The translations under genes were made by a program, and so were the position numbers. Below the pieces are notes generated by a model. It saw only the letters and a program-made list of their open reading frames with translations. It had not been told where the DNA came from and ran no database searches. From positions 576,001-640,000 of the forward strand of contig CAWFAK010000017.1 in assembly GCA_963813715.1 (NCBI GenBank): a stretch of DNA of 64,000 nucleotides, written 5' to 3'. Position 1 is the stretch's first letter. Every line of letters begins with the position of its first letter. Source of the stretch: an uncultured Planctomycetaceae bacterium (lineage in GTDB: Bacteria; Planctomycetota; Planctomycetia; Planctomycetales; Planctomycetaceae). Positions 1 through 9,149 of the stretch are shown in pieces.

Positions 1-542
1 GGCCCTTGCCGCCGGTTGTCTTCACGAAGCTGGTCAGTCCCAAGTGCTTCAAGAAGTCGCGCACTGAAGAGCGCCGTGTCGATCACGCGTGACCACTCGA
101 CATTGGGACCGGGGTCGAGGTCGAAAATGATCCGGTCGGGCTTCTCGATGTCGTCCGCGCACGACTGCCAGGCATGAATCTCCATCACGCCGAATTGCAC
201 GAGTGCCAATAGCCCGGCAGCGTCCTCCATGAACACGCCGGTGGTCGTCGTGTCTTTGTAGCGAATCTTGATCTCTTTCACGGACGGCGGCAGACCTTGC
301 GGCGGCTGCTTTTGATAGAAGCACTGTCCCGCCAGCCCGGCCGGGCAACGGACGAGCGACAAGGGGCGGTCAACGACGTGCGGCAAGAGCCAGGGAGCGA
401 CCGCGGCGAAGTACTCGGCCAGCTCCCGCTTGGTCACACCGACGTCGGGATAAACGACTCGGTCCGGGTGCGTCAGGCGGATGCCGGCCAACGGGTCGGC
501 ATCCGCTGGCTTCTTTTTCGTCGTACGCCGCTTCACCGCCAT
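1..542 (-). CDS. Stand-alone LigD polymerase/primase (POL) domain protein, truncated by the left window edge; apparent frameshift near 65-70
   Basis: Not in the ORF track. Hand translation from ATG 542 gives MAVKRRTTKKKPADADPLAGIRLTHPDRVVYP...RPLSLVRCP...CFYQK...PDRIIFDLDPG, and after a shift GLTSFVKTTGGKG; these are LigD POL motifs. Confidence 0.85.
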   Translation of the reverse strand, partial: MAVKRRTTKKKPADADPLAGIRLTHPDRVVYPDVGVTKRELAEYFAAVAPWLLPHVVDRPLSLVRCPAGLAGQCFYQKQPPQGLPPSVKEIKIRYKDTTTTGVFMEDAAGLLALVQFGVMEIHAWQSCADDIEKPDRIIFDLDPGPNVEWSRVIDTALFSARLLEALGTDQLREDNRRQG

Positions 543-568
543 GATCGCCTATCCACTCTGTCGGCCCG

Positions 569-2286
569 TCATTCGGCCACCGGAGCTGGCCGTTCGAGGA
601 CCACCTCGCGCGCGGGCTTGTCTTCCCGCAGACCCTGAAAGGCAGCCTGCCGCACGACGCCGTCATCCGTCCAATTGGCGAACTCGACCTGACCGACGAG
701 TTCCGGTCGCACCCACTGCACGCCTTTGCGGGGAATATCGTGGAGGGGGCCGGTGAATGGGGCTTGCTTCTGCTCGAGCAGTTTGAGCCGCGCCGTCAGC
801 TGACGGAGCATCTTGGTGTCAAAGCCGGTGCCGACGCGGCCGGCGTAGACCAGCTCCCCCATCCTCCGGAAATATCCCAACAACAGCGCACCGAAGCCGA
901 TCCGCGACCCTTCCGGCTTGGTGTAGCCGCCGATCACGAATTCCTCGGTCTGGCGGCACTTGGATTTGAGCCAATCGGTTCCGCGCCCGCCGACATACAG
1001 GCTGTCGCGCTTCTTGGAGATGATGCCTTCGAGCTGCGCGGGCGGCCTGCCGATAAAACTGCTTCCCTTTGCCCACCACGTGCTCGCTGACCTGAATTCG
1101 GGAGCCCAGTTTGGCGTGCTTCAGCAGCGCCTCGAGCTGTGCCTTCCGCTTCTCGAGCACCACGCCGGTGAGATCGAAGTGGTCCAGATAGATCAGGTCG
1201 AACGCATAGTAGAGAAGTGGTGCTCCCCGTGGCTTCTGACCCTCTTTGCCCAGGGCATTCTGCAGCAATTGAAACTGGCTGACGCCTTTCGTGTCGAGCA
1301 CGACCACTTCGCCGTCGAGAATCGCCGATTCCACGGGGAGCTGGGCCGCCAACTCGACGAGCGATCCCATCTTGGCTGTCCAATCCTGGCCGCTGCGACT
1401 GATGAACCGGGCTTTGCCCTCCTTTACGCAGCAAAACATGCGATAACCGTCGAACTTGATCTCGTGCAGCCATGCGGCTCGTTTCCGGCGGTTCCTGCAC
1501 GAGCGTCGCCAGTTCGGCCATTGGCTTCGACGGCATCGCGCGCCCCTTCGCACCGGCCAGCTTGCTGAGCGTGGTTGTGGGCACGCTCGGACGTTTGGCC
1601 GGCGCGATGACTTTGACCGGACCCGGTTCGCGCTTTACGCGTCGGGACGGGCGATGGCTGTGCCAGACGTCGGGAGTGTCGGATTTCTTGGAACGGCCAC
1701 GCCCGTTCTTGTGGGCGGGCGCGCCCTCGGCAATCTCTTCGAGCGAGCGGCCCGTCTTTACGCTTTTGGTCGCCGTCTCGATGATGTCGCGCTTGGCGTC
1801 AGGGCGCGCGGCGTCGTCGCGGTGCTTGATCAGCAGCCATTGTGGTTTTCGTGCTTCGCCGCGGCGCGTGCGGACCAGTACCCAGCTCCCCTGCAGCTTT
1901 TCGCCGAGCAAAGTGAATTTGATCTCACCCGCGCGATGTGCCGCCTCGGGATCGCCGTTTTCGGGAATCCAGTCGCCGCGATCCCAGACCATGACGGTGC
2001 CGCCGCCGTACTCGCCTTGGGGAATGGTGCCTTCGAAGTCGGCATATTCGATGGGGTGATCTTCGACCTCGACCGCCAGCCGTTTTTGCGCGGGGTCGAG
2101 ACTGGGACCTTTGGGCACCGCCCAGCTTTTGAGCGTGCCGCCCATCTCCAGACGAAAGTCGTAATGCAGATGGCTGGCCGCGTGTTTTTGCACGACGAAA
2201 CGCTTGCCCTTCGCAACGGCCCGTGACCCGGCCGGTTCGGGCGTCTTTTTGAATCGTCGCTTCTGACGATATTTCTGCAAACTCAT
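569..2286 (-). CDS. ligD: NHEJ DNA ligase D (phosphoesterase + ATP-dependent ligase + OB domains); frameshifts near 1480 and 1040
   Basis: PE motifs FVVQKHAASHLHYDFRLE and SWAVPKGPS (ORF 934..2286). Ligase motif I HEIKFDGYR and LDGEVV (ORF 819..1553). OB domain VIGGYT...YAGRVGTGF (ORF 569..937). Confidence 0.9.
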
Positions 2287-2327
2287 AGGCGAGGGCTCAA
2301 CGACGCGACGGGTGGTCAGCGGGACAC

Positions 2328-2343
2328 TGCAGTATACGCGCCG
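2328..2343 (-). promoter_or_regulatory. Putative sigma-54 -24/-12 promoter for ligD
   Basis: CGGCGCGTATACTGCA on the minus strand with GG-N10-GC spacing, about 40 bp upstream of ATG 2286. Weaker match than the others. Confidence 0.45.
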
Positions 2344-2412
2344 AACCGATGCCCGACCTCACTCACCTTGCCGATCCATCAACGAAGGGGTGGCGTTCAG
2401 GCGGTTAGACTC

Positions 2413-2428
2413 CGGTATTGGATTTGCA
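2413..2428 (+). promoter_or_regulatory. Putative sigma-54 promoter
   Basis: CGGTATTGGATTTGCA upstream of the small ORF at 2523. Confidence 0.55.
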
Positions 2429-2522
2429 TCCATTTTGAGCGGACTCCGCACCGTTGCCACGCGCGGGACCGAGATTGAGGCGGGGACCGAAGGTCGGCGG
2501 AAATCCCAGGGAGGAAAACCCG

Positions 2523-2747
2523 ATGTGGCAGAGCTGGATTAAGGTGGCGCTCGCGGCCAAATCGATTGTGGAGCTCACCTTGGCGTGCGAGGTCGCGGTC
2601 GCCGGCAAGATCATCATGGGAATTTGCGTGGCGCTGGTCGGAGTTGCCCCGCACGTCTGGTCGTTCAGCCGACATTTCGTGGATGGACACCTGAGCGACG
2701 CACACCTCGTCGACGGGCACTTCTCAGAAGGTCCACGCGTCCGCTGA
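2523..2747 (+). CDS. Small hypothetical membrane protein (74 aa)
   Basis: GGAGG RBS before ATG 2523; hydrophobic core; duplicated C-terminal H(F/L)VDGH(L/F)S motif. Confidence 0.45.
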   Translation: MWQSWIKVALAAKSIVELTLACEVAVAGKIIMGICVALVGVAPHVWSFSRHFVDGHLSDAHLVDGHFSEGPRVR

Positions 2748-2857
2748 CCGGTGGAACTCCGCCGTTGGCTGTCCCACTCAGAGCGTTGCACAAAGGCAAA
2801 ACGAGAGCGCCGTTTTAAGGACACTCCGTTCGCCGTTCCGAAATCACTCGGCCCCGC

Positions 2858-3229
2858 TTACCACCAACCGACACCACAGTGGTAATTGCAGCCGCCACCC
2901 AGGTGACCGTAGAGGTAGGGGGCGTACACGTCAGGCGTGAAGTGAGCCGGGCGCGACGGGCTGTCGGCGCGGGCTCCGTAATAGCCTGGGCCGTAATACG
3001 GGAAGATTCGCTCGCCTTGCGTGCCGGCATAGGCAAACGGGGCATTGTAACCCCGAGCGTCATAGTAGTTGTACGGGTTCGTGTCGCCGTTCGGATCGTC
3101 GGGGTAGTACTGCCACCAGGGCCCATAAGGACTTCCGCCGGCGTAGGCTTGAGGAGACTGGGCAGCACCGACCAGCAGCAGACCGCCAACCAGCGCCGCG
3201 CACGGCAACATGCGTAGAGTGTGTCGCAT
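2858..3229 (-). CDS. Secreted Tyr/Gly/Pro-rich hypothetical protein
   Basis: Signal-peptide-like N-terminus (MRHTLRMLPCAALVGGLLLVGAAQSPQAYA) followed by an aromatic-rich mature part. Confidence 0.6.
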   Translation of the reverse strand: MRHTLRMLPCAALVGGLLLVGAAQSPQAYAGGSPYGPWWQYYPDDPNGDTNPYNYYDARGYNAPFAYAGTQGERIFPYYGPGYYGARADSPSRPAHFTPDVYAPYLYGHLGGGCNYHCGVGWW

Positions 3230-3285
3230 CGACGAACTTCCCCTGACATCGAGGTGGCCCGGAGCGACCCTCCAACTTGGCAGAC

Positions 3286-3837
3286 TCAGCGGGCGGAATT
3301 GGACGGATCAGGAGCATCGATGCCCAGCGCCGTCGCCAGGTCGATCTCGTGGTCCTGTTCTTCTACTAAGAGCTTACGCACGATTTCAGCAATTGCAAAT
3401 TCGCCGAGCGACTCGGCCTGCGTTACGCGCTCTCGATAATTCCGAATTGTCTGGATTTCATTGTCGAGATCGAATTGCAACAGCTCGCGGGGATCGTCCG
3501 ACATCTTCACGGGCTTCGCCTCGACGGTCGGGGTGCCGCCCAAGTAATCGATCTGCTTGGCGATGATCAGTGCGTGCTGCAGTTCCTGCGCGGCGTGCAA
3601 CTCGAGCTCCGTGGCAATCTTCATGTAGGCCGCCCCAGTGAGCACCTGCGAATAAACGACATAAGCGATGATGGCCTGATACTCGCGCACCAGGTCTTCG
3701 TTGAGCAGCTCGGCCAACCGTTGCCGAGTCATTTCCGGTTTGCCGTTGTGATCGCTCTTGGCGGGCTGCGATTTCACGGGCGACTTTGCCGGCGCTGGCT
3801 TGCCGGATGGGGTTGGCTTGCTAGTCAGGGGGGCCAT
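3286..3837 (-). CDS. Ferritin-like (bacterioferritin-family) diiron protein
   Basis: LNEDLVREYQA, ELQH, IDYLGGTP and EEQDH: four-helix ferroxidase pattern. Confidence 0.85.
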   Translation of the reverse strand: MAPLTSKPTPSGKPAPAKSPVKSQPAKSDHNGKPEMTRQRLAELLNEDLVREYQAIIAYVVYSQVLTGAAYMKIATELELHAAQELQHALIIAKQIDYLGGTPTVEAKPVKMSDDPRELLQFDLDNEIQTIRNYRERVTQAESLGEFAIAEIVRKLLVEEQDHEIDLATALGIDAPDPSNSAR

Positions 3838-3946
3838 GAAACCTTTTCCTTTCAGAAAAAATCACGACGCTCGAAAGGATCAAGACGAGAGTGCACGTTC
3901 GTGAGCGATGGCGGCGTGTTGAGAAAAGCGGAGTCATTAAATCGAC

Positions 3947-3989
3947 GGCCGGCGTCGACTCGCGTTGTGCATGCAAGTCGACGCCGGCC
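3947..3989. terminator. 14-bp perfect inverted-repeat hairpin between the DUF3309 and ferritin genes
   Basis: GGCCGGCGTCGACT ... AGTCGACGCCGGCC. No U-tract, so it could be a stabilising stem instead. Confidence 0.4.
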
Positions 3990-4017
3990 TGTTGCGCGTT
4001 CCCTGCGGACCGTTCCG

Positions 4018-4170
4018 CTAGATCTGATGCATCAGCACGAGCACCAGGAGGATCACGATGATCAGTCCCAGTCCGCCACTCGGGTAATAACCCCAGTTGC
4101 GACTGTGCGGCCAAGCCGGCACGGCTCCCAGCAACAAAATGATCAGCACGATCAGCAAAATGAGGCCCAT
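4018..4170 (-). CDS. DUF3309-family small membrane protein (50 aa)
   Basis: Not in the ORF track. Reads MGLILLIVLIILLLGAVPAWPHSRNWGYYPSGGLGLIIVILLVLVLMHQI, with an AAGGAG RBS and the family-typical WPHSRNWGYYPSGGLG motif. Confidence 0.9.
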   Translation of the reverse strand: MGLILLIVLIILLLGAVPAWPHSRNWGYYPSGGLGLIIVILLVLVLMHQI

Positions 4171-4296
4171 AGCGGGTCTCCTTGTCTTAAAGGGTGAACG
4201 CGCTCGCGGGCGATCAGATTTCTCCTGACCGATGCGCTACGCGGACGCGTGGGTAGAGATGCACTTTCGGAGCTGCAGCTGACTTTCGCACTCAGA

Positions 4297-4312
4297 TGCA
4301 AACGGAGTGCCA
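4297..4312 (-). promoter_or_regulatory. Putative sigma-54 promoter for the DUF3309-ferritin unit
   Basis: TGGCACTCCGTTTGCA, a near-consensus TGGCAC-N5-TTGCA. Confidence 0.7.
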
Positions 4313-4552
4313 ACGGCGCGAACTCGCGCTTGCGGGCCCTTTCCGATCAAACTTCGCCCGGAGCCCGCTGCTCAACTTGTGTCGCTTTTGATTGCATGGC
4401 CGACATGTTGGCTGCGGCCGGACCAACGCGGCCGACGCGATGCTTGCACACTTCGGCCCAAACTTGCTTCGAGCAAATTGACTGCCCGATCCTACCCCGG
4501 CAGCCAGCATACTCTTGATAAAGTTCGCTGCCTCGATGCGATGTCACCTGTT

Positions 4553-4568
4553 TGGCATAACCCTTGCA
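4553..4568 (+). promoter_or_regulatory. Putative sigma-54 promoter for the csbD cluster
   Basis: TGGCATAACCCTTGCA, 100 bp upstream of ATG 4668. Confidence 0.7.
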
Positions 4569-4667
4569 TTAAGTTGAGCATTCGCCGGGCGGCTCGTGCT
4601 GATGCTCTTTCTTCGGTGCGGACCCGGAAATCTCGATAAAACACATTTAACCGAAGGAGTCGCAGTC

Positions 4668-5087
4668 ATGATTAACCAAGCCACGCTGCAAGGGAACTGG
4701 AACGAGATCAAGGGAAAGCTTCGCAAGCACTGGGGTCAGCTGAGCAATGACGACGTGCAGACCTTCAACGGCAACATCGATCAGCTGGTCGGTCTGATTC
4801 AGCGAAAGACGGGCGAAGCCCGATCGCAGGTCGAAGACTATCTCGACGAGCTGACGTCCAAAGGCTCGGCATCCTTCACGGAGGCGACCGAAAACGTGCG
4901 CGAATACGTACAGCAGGCGGCCGACCGCATTCAAGAGGGGTCGCAGCAGGCGCTCGAAAGCGTCCGCGGCGGTTACGAGCAAGCCGAGGACATGATTCGC
5001 CAGCGTCCCACCGAATCGGTGGCGTTCTGCTTCGGCATCGGCGTGTTCGTCGGTCTGTTGATCGGCGCCAGCCTCCGCAGCCGCTAA
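4668..5087 (+). CDS. CsbD/YjbJ-family stress protein with a C-terminal DUF883/ElaB-like membrane anchor
   Basis: LQGNWNEIKGKLRKHWGQLSNDD...LVGLIQRKTGE at the N-terminus; RQRPTESVAFCFGIGVFVGLLI at the C-terminus; AAGGAG RBS. Confidence 0.85.
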   Translation: MINQATLQGNWNEIKGKLRKHWGQLSNDDVQTFNGNIDQLVGLIQRKTGEARSQVEDYLDELTSKGSASFTEATENVREYVQQAADRIQEGSQQALESVRGGYEQAEDMIRQRPTESVAFCFGIGVFVGLLIGASLRSR

Positions 5088-5121
5088 ACGCGGCGGCGGT
5101 TGTTCGTCCGGCGCGGCGGCC

Positions 5122-5137
5122 CGGCGATGGCATTGCA
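5122..5137 (+). promoter_or_regulatory. Putative sigma-54 promoter
   Basis: CGGCGATGGCATTGCA, about 50 bp upstream of ATG 5186. Confidence 0.45.
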
Positions 5138-5185
5138 CCGTGGAGGCCTGCGTCGGTCGGGCCTTCGCCTTTTCGGGAGCCGGTC

Positions 5186-5493
5186 ATGAGTTCACATATG
5201 CAGCAAGGCAATCGGCGGCGGGGAATGTCGCCACCGTCGCGCCAGTCTTTCGCGTCGTCCTCGCGAGAGCTCGTCGATTCGTCGCGCGAACTTGTCGAGG
5301 ACTATCCAATGGCTTCGACGCTGTTGGCGTTCGGCGTGGGTCTCGGCGTGGGCGTGCTGGTCGGTCAGACGATCGCCGGGCGCTCAGTCCGGAGGCAACG
5401 CCGGCGTCGCGGCTCGAATCGTTGAGCCAGCAGCTCCACGACGTCGTCCGGAAAACCATTCCGGAGGCCATCAGCCGGCATCTTTCGCGCTGA
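5186..5493 (+). CDS. Small membrane-anchored hypothetical protein (DUF883-like); probable frameshift near 5385
   Basis: VEDYPMASTLLAFGVGLGVGVLVG segment; a plausible continuation ...RLESLSQQLHDVVRKTIPEAISRHLSR lies in the adjacent frame. Confidence 0.6.
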
Positions 5494-5650
5494 AGGGACT
5501 GGGTGGCGCGCTGGCAGGCTGAAGGAACGGATTTGGTGGCTGCCTCGACCTGGGCAATGCAGTATGCTCGATGAAGAGCAAAATTCGCGGTGAAATAGGT
5601 CTGCCAGAGATGTACGGCGGCGGACCCGGGAAAGAAACGAGACCATTGCC

Positions 5651-6085
5651 ATGACCCGCTCTGAGCCCACGATCGAGCAGGTGCGCGAGGAGATGCGCCA
5701 GATTCGGTCGAATCTGGACGACGAAGTCGAAACGTTCGTGCAGAGCACGCGGGGGATGTTCGATTGGCGCTCGTATGTGCGTCATGCTCCGTGGCTCTGC
5801 CTGGGCGCGGCGGCCGTGGCGGCGTACCTGGTCGTGCCGTCGAAGGCAAAAGTCGTCTCGCCCACTCCGGAGCAGATGGCCGAGTTGGCCAAGCATGCGA
5901 AGGTAACGTTGGGCGAGTCCGTGACGCAGGAGAAGTCCAAGTCGCTGGGCCGCGAGCTGGCGGGGGTCGCGCTGGGCCTGATTGTGCGGGCCGGCGTCTC
6001 CGTCGCGACCCAGCAGTTCAACCAATTCATGAACCGGCCCCCCGGGCCGAGCGGGCGAGAGGGGGCAGGAGGTCCGAAGCGATGA
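5651..6085 (+). CDS. Hypothetical membrane protein (DUF3618-like stress-cluster protein)
   Basis: EQVREEMRQIRSNLDDEV coiled N-terminus; DWRSYVRHAPWLCLGAAAVAAYLVVP; ATGA coupling to the next gene. Confidence 0.7.
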   Translation: MTRSEPTIEQVREEMRQIRSNLDDEVETFVQSTRGMFDWRSYVRHAPWLCLGAAAVAAYLVVPSKAKVVSPTPEQMAELAKHAKVTLGESVTQEKSKSLGRELAGVALGLIVRAGVSVATQQFNQFMNRPPGPSGREGAGGPKR

Positions 6086-6288
6086 TCATGAAAAATCGAC
6101 TTTCGGAAGAGGCGTTCGCCAGCAGCAAGGAGCGGCGCTCTCGACCTGCCACAGGCCGCGGGATGATGGGACCAGCGACCAAGTACTTCGATAGTCTCGA
6201 AGACACAATTGCCGATCATCCGGGGCTCAGCCTGGCGGCCGCACTTTTGGCCGGCGTCCTGCTGGCCTTTTGGATCAAACGACGATGA
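6082..6288 (+). CDS. Small tail-anchored membrane protein (DUF883 C-terminal-like)
   Basis: IADHPGLSLAAALLAGVLLAFWIKRR C-terminus; ATGA overlaps on both sides. Confidence 0.7.
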   Translation: MIMKNRLSEEAFASSKERRSRPATGRGMMGPATKYFDSLEDTIADHPGLSLAAALLAGVLLAFWIKRR

Positions 6289-6752
6289 GCGCGCGCGTCG
6301 AGGAAAACGGTCATTCGGCAGGCGGAACGGCCGCGCGAAGCGTGGGCCAGATCCTGCACGACATCTTGACGCTGGGCCAGCTCCAAGCCCAGCTCTTTAC
6401 GCTCGACGCGAAGGAGGCCGGCTCCCGCATTCAGCGGCCGCTTGTGGCCTTGGCCGCTGGCGCCGTGCTGGCGGTCTGCGCTGTGCCGGTCGCCTTATTT
6501 GGGATCGCCCTCTTGCTCGTTGACGTCGCCGGGATGAGCCGGCTGGCGTCGGTCTGGATCACGTTCATCTTCGCGATCTTTGTGGCCGCATCGCTCGTCG
6601 GCTATGCGATCGCGTGGTTCCGTAAACCTCCCGGGATCTTTACACATTCCCGCGAGGAGTTGGTCAACAACATCGAGCGCGTCAAGGAAATGCTGCACCG
6701 TTCGGGGCCCACCACGCGGTCGGGCCTGCCGCGGTCCAGCTCCCGGACGTGA
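6285..6752 (+). CDS. Phage-holin-family (YqjE-like) membrane protein
   Basis: HDILTLGQLQAQLFTLDAKE followed by two TM helices and a C-terminal SREEL; typical of DUF883/YqjE clusters. Confidence 0.75.
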   Translation: MSARVEENGHSAGGTAARSVGQILHDILTLGQLQAQLFTLDAKEAGSRIQRPLVALAAGAVLAVCAVPVALFGIALLLVDVAGMSRLASVWITFIFAIFVAASLVGYAIAWFRKPPGIFTHSREELVNNIERVKEMLHRSGPTTRSGLPRSSSRT

Positions 6753-6792
6753 AGTTCTCGCACGATTTTCTCCCAATAGAGGATTGTCACTC

Positions 6793-7002
6793 ATGGCTCA
6801 ACATCAATCGCAAGCCGGTCGCCTGTCCCAACAGCGGACCGGGGACGGTGGGCGCGTGGCCCGGCAGGGCAGCTCGCAAATGCAACCGTTCGATGACCTG
6901 CTCCAATACGCCAAAACGTACGCCCGGGAGCGTCCGGAAACGTTCGCCCTGGCCTGCTTCGGCGTCGGCTTCATTCTGGGCTGGCGTCTCAAGCCGTGGT
7001 AA
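6793..7002 (+). CDS. Small tail-anchored membrane protein (DUF883-like)
   Basis: GAGGA RBS; C-terminus YARERPETFALACFGVGFILGWRLKPW. Confidence 0.75.
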   Translation: MAQHQSQAGRLSQQRTGDGGRVARQGSSQMQPFDDLLQYAKTYARERPETFALACFGVGFILGWRLKPW

Positions 7003-7034
7003 GACGTGCCGGACGACGGCCGAACTGTCACTAT

Positions 7035-7084
7035 AAGCGGGGTTGCGTGATGGCGCTTGCCGAACGCAGCCCCGCTTGTTTTTA
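7035..7084 (+). terminator. Rho-independent terminator
   Basis: AAGCGGGGTTGCGT...ACGCAGCCCCGCTT stem followed by GTTTTT. Confidence 0.6.
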
Positions 7085-7159
7085 CCGGGCTGTGCTGCTC
7101 GGTCCGATTTTTCGCCTCGCCCCCGTTTCCGCCAAAATTCTTCCCGGATAAATCCCCAC

Positions 7160-9049
7160 GTGGCGAAACGCACGCAACGCACGACTTCGGATTGGACGCT
7201 ACGACTCCCGCCGACGGTCGGGAAATTTTTGCTGGCCGTCGTCGTCATTGCCTGCCTGGCTCTGACGAAGGTGGTGATGGTGCCGATCGCCTTCGCCGTG
7301 CTGTTGGCTTTCATTCTTAATCCCGTCGTGATGTTGCTGACGCGACGTGGCGTGCCCCGCGCTCCGGCCGTGGTCACCGTCGTGGCTGCGACGATGGTGT
7401 TCGCCGGCGTGTGCGGTTGGATCATGACTAGCCAGTTGCTGCAGTTCGCCAACCAGTTGCCGGAGTACGAGGGGAACGTCTCCCGCCGCATCAGCGAGCT
7501 GCGCAGCTCGAGCCGGCACTCGGTGCTGACGCGAATCGAAGAGTTCGGCAACAAGGTGACCACGGCGATCAACGATGCCGCCGAGAAGCCCGTCAAGGAC
7601 GACGTCGAACCGCAGGCAGTGCGCGTCGTCAATCAGGAGGGGACGATGCAGTTCGGGCCGATCATCACGACCGTCGACGCGGTCTTCGAGTTCCTCGCGT
7701 CGCTGGCGCTGGTGATCGTGCTCGTCATTTACATGTTGATCAACCGGGAGAAGCTGCGCAATCGCTTTTTGTGGCTCTTCGGCGAAGGACACATGACGGT
7801 TACGACGCGGGCCCTCGACGATGGTGCCCAAGGCCTCAGCGCGTTTCTGTTGATGCAGCTCTTGATCAACGGGTCGTTCGGGCTGGTGGTCGGCTGCGGG
7901 CTCTGGCTGATCGGCATGCCGTATCCCCTTCTGTGGGGCGTACTGTCGACATTCTTGCGCTACATTCCGCTCGTTGGGCCGTGGATCGCGATGTTCTTCC
8001 CCTTCGCGCTCAGTCTGGCGATCATGCCCGGCTGGACGAAACCAGCGTTGATCGTGGCTCTGTACGTGGGGTACGAGCTGGCCGCCAATCTGGTGCTCGA
8101 GCCGCTCTTGTACGGGCATTCGATGGGGGTCTCGCCGGCGGCACTGCTCGTCGCGATTGCCTTCTGGTCGTGGCTCTGGGGGGCGCCTGGGCTGGTGCTC
8201 TCGGTGCCGCTGACGGTGTGCCTGGTGGTCCTCGGAAAACACTTTCCCAATCTGGCGTTTCTCGACATTTTGCTGGGGGACGAGGCCGTTCTCACACCCC
8301 AATTGCAGCTCTATCAGCGGCTGTTGGCCCACGATCAGGACGAAGCGTTTGAAATCGTCCGGGAGCAATTGCAGAAAACAACGCTCGGGGCCGTCTTCGA
8401 CGAGGTGATGATTCCGGCCCTCGCCTCCGCTCGGAGCGACTTCGAGTCGGGCCTGATCTCGGAGAATGAAGCCGCTTCGATCTTCGAGGTGGTGCGGGAA
8501 ATCGTGGAAGAACTGGGGCCGGTCCCGGGGAATTTCGACCAGGCGGCCGCTGCCGAATCGGCCAGCGGTCACTCGACGATCAAGATCCTGGCCTGTGCGG
8601 CGCGGGATGCGGCCGACGAAGTGGCGGTCGAGATGTTTTGCCGATTGCTCGATCCGCGGGTCTGCGCCGCCGAGGTGCTGTCGACCGACCACCTCGTCTC
8701 CGAAATTGTGACGCGTGTCGGCGAGGGGCATCCGGGCATTGTCTGCATCGGCTCGCTGCCGCCGGGCGGTCTGTCCCACACGCGGCTCATCTGCAAGCGT
8801 CTGCGAACCAATTTCCCCGACCTGAAGATTGTCGTCGGCCGCTGGGGATTGCCGGCCGACTCCGAGAAGGCAAACCGCGAGCAGCTGGTGGAAGCCGGCG
8901 CGGACCAGTTCGGCACAAGCATGCAGGAAACCGCGGTCCAGCTCGTGCAGCTGCAGCAGCTCGTGCAGTCGATGTCGGGAGATGGGGCGAGCCGGAATCC
9001 CATCGCCACCGCCGACGGACCGCTGGCTTCCACGCAGAAGTCAGCCTAA
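7160..9049 (+). CDS. AI-2E (PerM) family transporter with a C-terminal cytoplasmic extension
   Basis: PIAFAVLLAFILNPVV, LRYIPLVGPW, LEPLLYGHSMGVSP and WSWLWGAPGLVLSVPLT, plus a C-terminal Rossmann-like domain. Start uncertain; GTG 7160 chosen. Confidence 0.9.
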   Translation: MAKRTQRTTSDWTLRLPPTVGKFLLAVVVIACLALTKVVMVPIAFAVLLAFILNPVVMLLTRRGVPRAPAVVTVVAATMVFAGVCGWIMTSQLLQFANQLPEYEGNVSRRISELRSSSRHSVLTRIEEFGNKVTTAINDAAEKPVKDDVEPQAVRVVNQEGTMQFGPIITTVDAVFEFLASLALVIVLVIYMLINREKLRNRFLWLFGEGHMTVTTRALDDGAQGLSAFLLMQLLINGSFGLVVGCGLWLIGMPYPLLWGVLSTFLRYIPLVGPWIAMFFPFALSLAIMPGWTKPALIVALYVGYELAANLVLEPLLYGHSMGVSPAALLVAIAFWSWLWGAPGLVLSVPLTVCLVVLGKHFPNLAFLDILLGDEAVLTPQLQLYQRLLAHDQDEAFEIVREQLQKTTLGAVFDEVMIPALASARSDFESGLISENEAASIFEVVREIVEELGPVPGNFDQAAAAESASGHSTIKILACAARDAADEVAVEMFCRLLDPRVCAAEVLSTDHLVSEIVTRVGEGHPGIVCIGSLPPGGLSHTRLICKRLRTNFPDLKIVVGRWGLPADSEKANREQLVEAGADQFGTSMQETAVQLVQLQQLVQSMSGDGASRNPIATADGPLASTQKSA

Positions 9050-9149
9050 GCGGCGGTCACCGAAACGACGCGACGGCTCAGCGACCGGGGAGAGCGATTC
9101 TCGGGGCTAGAGGCAGATCGACGCGGTTCGCCTGAACGAAACCCGTCAT

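Noticed and set aside
7043..7159. Long N-terminal extension of the AI-2E ORF from TTG 7043
   Set aside because: It runs through a terminator hairpin; a downstream start is more plausible.
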